From a virus (taxonomy: Duplodnaviria > Caudoviricetes): a stretch of DNA of 37,210 nt. Numbering within the stretch: the first letter of the stretch is position 1; each line of letters opens with the position of its first letter. The stretch covers positions 1 through 37,210 of IMG/VR virus record IMGVR_UViG_3300034357_000099, one strand, 5' to 3'. The translations under genes were made by a program, and so were the position numbers. Below, one piece after another: positions 32,435 to 37,210 of the stretch. The notes beneath the pieces are model-generated. The model saw nothing but the letters and a program-made list of their open reading frames with translations. It was not told the DNA's origin and did not search any database.

Positions 32435-34483
32435 CTATAAAATGCTGAAAAATGCACCAGTGTTTCCACCCACTGGCGCAGCCGTGAATATCACGTTTAG
32501 GTTATTGCCGCCGTCAGTTGAGTTTACACCGACATAGAAGCGGTTGGCTTGGTTTACGCCAATATCCCTGACGCTCAGATAGTCAATGCCAGTGGTGACG
32601 TTGGTTAGGTTGAACGTGCGGCGCAATGCTGTGCCCTCGCTGTCTACCGTAATGACATTGCCTACCGTGCCTGTAATGCTCCAAGTGCCGATAGTGCCAA
32701 GGTTGTCTTTGAAGAGGACAGTGTAGGCAACGGTCTTAGTAGATGCAAGTTCAGTGAATGATGCCGCGCCCTCAATGGTAGTGGTGGACACGCCAGTGGC
32801 GCCGCCTATTGTCAGTTTATTGAATGACAGACCGCCACTAATAAAAGTTCTGGAATTATTCGTCGTATTAGACAGCAGAATGTTGGCAGTACCTTTGTTA
32901 AAGGTAAGACCTGTTGTGGTGGCAGTAGTCCAGACTGTTCCTGTGCCGCTCAACGTCCACAGCCCTGACCCCATCGTAATGGTGCGAGTGACGCTATTGC
33001 TTGAACTAAATGTCGTGCAAATCAGATTATAATTAAACGCATCAAACGTGCCGCGAGTGAGTGTAATGGTGTTGCTTGCGGTATAAGCACCCCCAAGTTG
33101 GAACGTCCCGCTAGGAGCATCAACCGTAACTGGAAATGTGATGGTCTTACCCGCGCTGGTGAACACCATCGTGCTGCGACCAGAGAAGGTTTGGGTTCCA
33201 TTGCCAGATATAGTTAAGCCTGAACCATACGATACAGAACCATATAGAGTTATAGGTGAGTTTGTATGATTAAGCGTCATTGCGGACGTTCTGGTGGATG
33301 CATCAATAATGCCGATGTTGTATGCAATTAAACTAACAGTCCCCGCAGAGCCGCTATTTGTAAATGTCGCTGTATCTTGCGCCAAGGGGAAGTTGTTTAC
33401 TGCTGGAGTTCCGTTTGAGGTTGTCGCCCATGCAGTTGAGTTCCAGTTTTGTGTTCCAGTAAGGTTCCAATAAACCGTCTTTGCCGCAGGGAACGTAATG
33501 CCGCTATTGCCGCCGCAGTCGCCGCCACGGGTAGGCGAGATAGGAGAAGCAGCCCCAGCAATCGTAATGTCACGGAAGTCGCAGTCGGTGGCAGATACAG
33601 CCGCACAGGTGAGGGTGCGTGTTGTGCCAATGGTATCAGAACGAACAAAGCCACGTTGGATGGCGGATGTGCCAGCGCAGGTGAATGTGCCGATGACTGT
33701 TTGGTTGCCGTTAATAGATAGCTGGCTTAGGCCCGTTGCGCTGGCGGTTAGTGTCAGGTTGTTAAAAGTTTGTGAAGAGCCACCTGATTGGCTTATTTGG
33801 CGAGTTCCAACGGCGGTGCTGGTGAAGGAGACGTTGTGGAATGTTTGATTGCCGCCCGAAAAGATTACACCAGCGTTACTTAAAGATATTTGGGAAGTTC
33901 CCGCATTAAACGTCAAGTTAACGGAGTTCGCAAAGGTTAACGCAGCCCCACCACCACTCAATGTAACCGTGCTTGACCCTAGCGTAATGGTTCGCACCGT
34001 TGATGCGCTAGACGACAAATTCCCAGCAGTTACACTATAATTTGCAGTATCAAAAGTGCCAGTTAAAACAGTCAGTGACCTAGTTGACATATTCAACGCA
34101 TCACCCAGCGTAACCGTGATGCCAGAACCATCTAGCGTCACGGCACTAAACGTCTTACCCGCAGTAGTCAGCGTCCCTGTGCCAGTGAACCCCACCGTGC
34201 CTGTGTGGGTGTAGGTCATGCCAGCAACAAGCGTGACGCTGCCAGCTACAATAATTGTAGCCGTGCCAGTAATCGTGCCTGTAAAGCCAGTGCAATTAAT
34301 AGACTTCGCGCCAGTGTTGCCCGTAGCAATCGTGCAAGTGCCAGTGGATAAGGCGCTAAAAAACACATCATCAGCGGTAGTTGGAACAGACGCGCCACCA
34401 GAACCGCCAGAGGTAGTAGACCACTTAGTCCCTGCCGTGCCGTCCCAAGACGCCGATCCGCCAACCCAGAAGCGGTCAGCCAT
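32435..34483 (-). CDS. Large Thr/Gly/Ser-rich beta-helical adhesin-like virion protein
   Basis: RFWVGG...WD......WSTTSGG.GGASVP...DDVFF motif recurs mid-protein (VYWN....NW....WATTS.G.....P...D), suggesting an internal duplication. Confidence 0.65.
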   Translation of the reverse strand: MADRFWVGGSASWDGTAGTKWSTTSGGSGGASVPTTADDVFFSALSTGTCTIATGNTGAKSINCTGFTGTITGTATIIVAGSVTLVAGMTYTHTGTVGFTGTGTLTTAGKTFSAVTLDGSGITVTLGDALNMSTRSLTVLTGTFDTANYSVTAGNLSSSASTVRTITLGSSTVTLSGGGAALTFANSVNLTFNAGTSQISLSNAGVIFSGGNQTFHNVSFTSTAVGTRQISQSGGSSQTFNNLTLTASATGLSQLSINGNQTVIGTFTCAGTSAIQRGFVRSDTIGTTRTLTCAAVSATDCDFRDITIAGAASPISPTRGGDCGGNSGITFPAAKTVYWNLTGTQNWNSTAWATTSNGTPAVNNFPLAQDTATFTNSGSAGTVSLIAYNIGIIDASTRTSAMTLNHTNSPITLYGSVSYGSGLTISGNGTQTFSGRSTMVFTSAGKTITFPVTVDAPSGTFQLGGAYTASNTITLTRGTFDAFNYNLICTTFSSSNSVTRTITMGSGLWTLSGTGTVWTTATTTGLTFNKGTANILLSNTTNNSRTFISGGLSFNKLTIGGATGVSTTTIEGAASFTELASTKTVAYTVLFKDNLGTIGTWSITGTVGNVITVDSEGTALRRTFNLTNVTTGIDYLSVRDIGVNQANRFYVGVNSTDGGNNLNVIFTAAPVGGNTGAFFSIL

Positions 34484-34484
34484 T

Positions 34485-34730
34485 TCAGCCCTCCACAGGC
34501 TTCAGCACAACCTGACCGTCAATCTCAACGCGCTCATAGGTCACGCCGTCAATCTCAATGGTTTCTGGCTCAGGTGCTGGCGGGTTTTCTACAGCGAACA
34601 GCCAGTTATCCAGCCGCTCCTGCTTCATGGCCGCTATTTCTTCTTCTGTGAACGTGTGGTCATCATCTAGGTGCAGCGCATCACGAAAGACGCCGTAAGC
34701 AGTAGTGAACTCAAATACAATTCTCATCAT
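34485..34730 (-). CDS. Small acidic protein (possible fibre chaperone)
   Basis: FEFTTAYGVFRDALHL......EEI.AMKQ.RLDNW; coupled between two fibre genes. Confidence 0.6.
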   Translation of the reverse strand: MMRIVFEFTTAYGVFRDALHLDDDHTFTEEEIAAMKQERLDNWLFAVENPPAPEPETIEIDGVTYERVEIDGQVVLKPVEG

Positions 34731-36112
34731 GCCTCCTGTGACAGAGCAATCGCATCCCAGCGAAGGTCTGTTGAGTTATATTTGCAGCCTATATACATCG
34801 CCTTAGTCGCTACGGTTATTGTAGGCAAGGTAATGCCAACAGCGCGATACGCTCCAGATGCGCCCGTAGTCCAAGTCAGCGCACGGGCCGTGCCATTGTC
34901 CTCAATGCGGATGACTAAGGATTGCCCGTCTGATGGTGTGCCAGAGGGTGATGCAATGGTGGCAGGGACGGCCAAAGCCGTGACCGAGACTTGCGTGTCA
35001 GTGTTGGCGTTTGGCGTAATCGTTGAAGCGGAAGCAATGGATTGCACGCTTTGAAAAGTAGATGGGTTTGCCGCATTATAGGGAGTATAGCCAAGTGCCG
35101 TTGCAATAGACTTCTTTTCCCATAGGCTTGTTGATGTGTTGTAAAACAAGCCATCGTTGTTGGCGGGAGACACAGCCGACACATCGTGCAACTCATCCAT
35201 CTCATAGCCGTTTTGTACTGTGACAAACAAGCGGCCAGAGGTAACATGGCTTTTAATGCAGCGTGCAACATAGACCATATGAATGGGCGCAACAGTCTTG
35301 GTTTGCGTCAATGCACCCGCAGTAGTGCCTGACAGATAAAGCTGTGCGCCAGCGGTAAATGCGGACGTATCAATGTTCTCAATGATGCCTAGCGTTGTTA
35401 CCCAACCCTCTGCGCCGTCAGCAATGCTTTCAGCTACAATGCCAAGCGTGCGTGCAGATGTTGCATCACCCGTTGCTAAGGCTAGTGCAACCGTAGGACG
35501 CTGCCCTTGTGCGCCGTTGCTGTAGACCACTTGGCCCTTAGTCAATGCAGAGCCAGTGCCGTTATAGACAAGCACTTGCTGTGATTGCCCTACCTCTTGA
35601 ATGACATTGCCGCCCTTTAGTGTGTAGGCCAGGCCGCCTTCGCCATCATTAAAAAACAGCTTACCAGTTGCGGGGGTAACAGTTGCCGCAGTATCAAATT
35701 GCACAAAGTCGGGCGATGATATACCGCCTGTAATGCCCGTCAGTGATGTTATGTCGCCGTTAGCACCCAATACAGCGGCGCTAAGGTTTGCACGCGCTGT
35801 AGCTGCGTCTGTGGCCCCTGTGCCGCCATTAGCAATGCCAAGTGTGCCGCCAAGGGTTAGCGTGCCAGATGTAGTGATAGGTGAGCCAGTGAATGACAGA
35901 CCAGTTGTGCCGCCAGATGCAGCCACGGACGTTACTGTTCCGCTACCGCCACCGCCGCCTGAGCCAATCTCAACAATGGCGGGCGTGCCATCATCCTTCT
36001 TTAGGAATAGCTTGCCGTCATAAGTGTTGATTGCCAACTCACCCAAGGCGAGGTCAGCAATACTTGGAACCTTGGCAGGAACCGCACTACGTTTAAACTT
36101 CATCAAGGCCAT
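34727..36112 (-). CDS. Fibre protein (mosaic)
   Basis: N-terminal KRSAV..KVP...L..GELAINT.DGKLF, IANGGTGAT.AA.AR.NL, and a central VYN.TG....GQVVY...G.....IA.G..G.V...G module recalling capsid-decoration domains. Confidence 0.7.
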   Translation of the reverse strand: MALMKFKRSAVPAKVPSIADLALGELAINTYDGKLFLKKDDGTPAIVEIGSGGGGGSGTVTSVAASGGTTGLSFTGSPITTSGTLTLGGTLGIANGGTGATDAATARANLSAAVLGANGDITSLTGITGGISSPDFVQFDTAATVTPATGKLFFNDGEGGLAYTLKGGNVIQEVGQSQQVLVYNGTGSALTKGQVVYSNGAQGQRPTVALALATGDATSARTLGIVAESIADGAEGWVTTLGIIENIDTSAFTAGAQLYLSGTTAGALTQTKTVAPIHMVYVARCIKSHVTSGRLFVTVQNGYEMDELHDVSAVSPANNDGLFYNTSTSLWEKKSIATALGYTPYNAANPSTFQSVQSIASASTITPNANTDTQVSVTALAVPATIASPSGTPSDGQSLVIRIEDNGTARALTWTTGASGAYRAVGITLPTITVATKAMYIGCKYNSTDLRWDAIALSQEA

Positions 36113-36152
36113 GTGGCATTCCCTTTATTGCTATATAGCTGGGTTATATTAC

Positions 36153-36842
36153 TTAATACGTTCCGCCATCAAAAACACCAGCAGTATTTATCCATTTTGA
36201 TGTTGATGCGTTATACTGCAAAACATCTAGGTCAGAAAGGTCTGTTATAACAACATCCTCTAAATCTGACAGCCTCTTGGCTCCGCCACCACCGCCGCCA
36301 AATGAACCGCTTGGCTTGGCAACGGGTAGCTCTATTTGTGTCTCTTGCCCGTCAGTCAGCGTAATCCAAAAAGACTTATCGTCGCGCTGTTCCACAAGTG
36401 CAATGCCAACACCATCAACACCATTGGAACCATTACGACCATCGCGGCCATTAGTCCCGTCACGCCCAGCAGCACCACTAGCACCGTCAGCACCATCTCG
36501 ACCGTCACTGCCACGCAATGTTTCGCGGTTAAGGTCAAACCATATATCAACGGCAGCTTGTATTTCTTCGTCTGTGGGTGGGCGTCCTTGTTGTCCGACC
36601 TGTCCATCTTGTCCGTCCTGTCCGTTTGCTGGCTGGGTGATGTTCTCCCGTAGCCAATTCTCAGCAGCATCCTTGATTTGCTGGTCACTAACAGGTGGCG
36701 CATCATCCCCACGCTCTCCTTGTGGGCCAGCCTCGCCCTGTGGCCCTTGTATCATGGGCCTTGAAGCTGCATCATTGACGCGCAAATTGAGCGCGGCAAC
36801 AGCCTCGACTAGCGAGGTGACAATTTCCTCGCTGATTGCCAT
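36153..36842 (-). CDS. Collagen-like (Gly-X-Y) fibre protein
   Basis: GPQGEAGPQGERG, GQDGQDGQVGQQG, GSDGRDGADG...; starts 1 nt after the portal stop; ends DGGTY. Confidence 0.78.
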   Translation of the reverse strand: MAISEEIVTSLVEAVAALNLRVNDAASRPMIQGPQGEAGPQGERGDDAPPVSDQQIKDAAENWLRENITQPANGQDGQDGQVGQQGRPPTDEEIQAAVDIWFDLNRETLRGSDGRDGADGASGAAGRDGTNGRDGRNGSNGVDGVGIALVEQRDDKSFWITLTDGQETQIELPVAKPSGSFGGGGGGAKRLSDLEDVVITDLSDLDVLQYNASTSKWINTAGVFDGGTY

Positions 36843-37210
36843 TTAGAGACCAAGCCTCTGACGGATGTTAGCCATCAAGGTTTGTTCTGCTACGTTGTCG
36901 CTATCGTCATCCTCTGGCTCAAGCACAACGTCTTGCGCGAATGATGGGCCTTCGTCTGCAAGCATAGCTTCATATTCCTCAAACTCCATTTGCGGGTTGA
37001 CTAGTTCACCGCGCTGGAAGTTATCAAACAATACGGACAGCGGCATTGCGTCACCTTGATATGCACCCATCAATGCGCTTACCATCTGTGGAGCCATGCG
37101 TGCAGCGCCAAAGTCTGTGTTGAGGTTAAACTCTGCGTCTTGTGGTGCGCCTACCCATTCAGCCATCCAGTTAAGCGAACGCTCAATGGCATCCGATGCC
37201 GAGCGGCTAA
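36843..37210 (-). CDS. Portal protein, 3' part (continuation of 1-1289)
   Basis: In frame with the 5' part across the circular join; LNTDF...L...YQG....S..LF...QRGE, acidic tail. Confidence 0.88.
   Translation of the reverse strand, partial: SRSASDAIERSLNWMAEWVGAPQDAEFNLNTDFGAARMAPQMVSALMGAYQGDAMPLSVLFDNFQRGELVNPQMEFEEYEAMLADEGPSFAQDVVLEPEDDDSDNVAEQTLMANIRQRLGL
37084..37210. repeat. Terminal direct repeat, right copy
   Basis: Identical to 1-127. Confidence 0.95.

Noticed and set aside
29685-36846. Long + strand ORFs opposite structural genes (e.g. 29685-30167, 30171-30680, 36277-36846)
   Set aside because: Antisense shadows of well-supported genes with no recognisable motifs.
1-37210. tRNA genes or alternative genetic code
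   Set aside because: No cloverleaf seen in the short gaps; genes are intact under the standard code and use TAA, TAG and TGA as stops.

Overview
The window is a complete, circularly assembled tailed dsDNA phage genome of about 37,083 bp; bases 1-127 repeat exactly at 37084-37210 and the portal gene reads through the join. It looks like a siphovirus: long tape measure, no sheath or baseplate. GapR (DUF2312), GcrA-like and DnaA-CTD-like genes point to an alphaproteobacterial host (inference). From a divergent control region near 9.3-9.95 kb, a + strand arm (9993-15077) carries ERF, lambda-Exo, NinB, GapR, SSB and small ORFs. The - strand arm carries HTH, DUF1064, HNH, an initiator with iterons, a PAPS-reductase-like gene, DUF3310, ParB, FkbM methyltransferase and a TET/JBP-like dioxygenase, then TerS, TerL, portal, a fibre cassette, head, tail, lysis and a metallophosphoesterase. 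I saw no integrase, polymerase, helicase, tRNA or CRISPR. Main leads: (1) a ParB-FkbM-TET/JBP cassette next to the terminase with no cytosine methyltransferase or glycosyltransferase, a candidate new base-modification chemistry; (2) near-total loss of GATC, GANTC, CCGG, CCWGG and GTAC, with all 4 surviving sites in the fibre cassette; (3) host cell-cycle regulator mimics; (4) several candidate structured RNA elements; (5) a tail-chaperone frameshift into the +1/-2 frame. All family calls come from motif recognition by eye and all motif counts are manual; none were run against a database.
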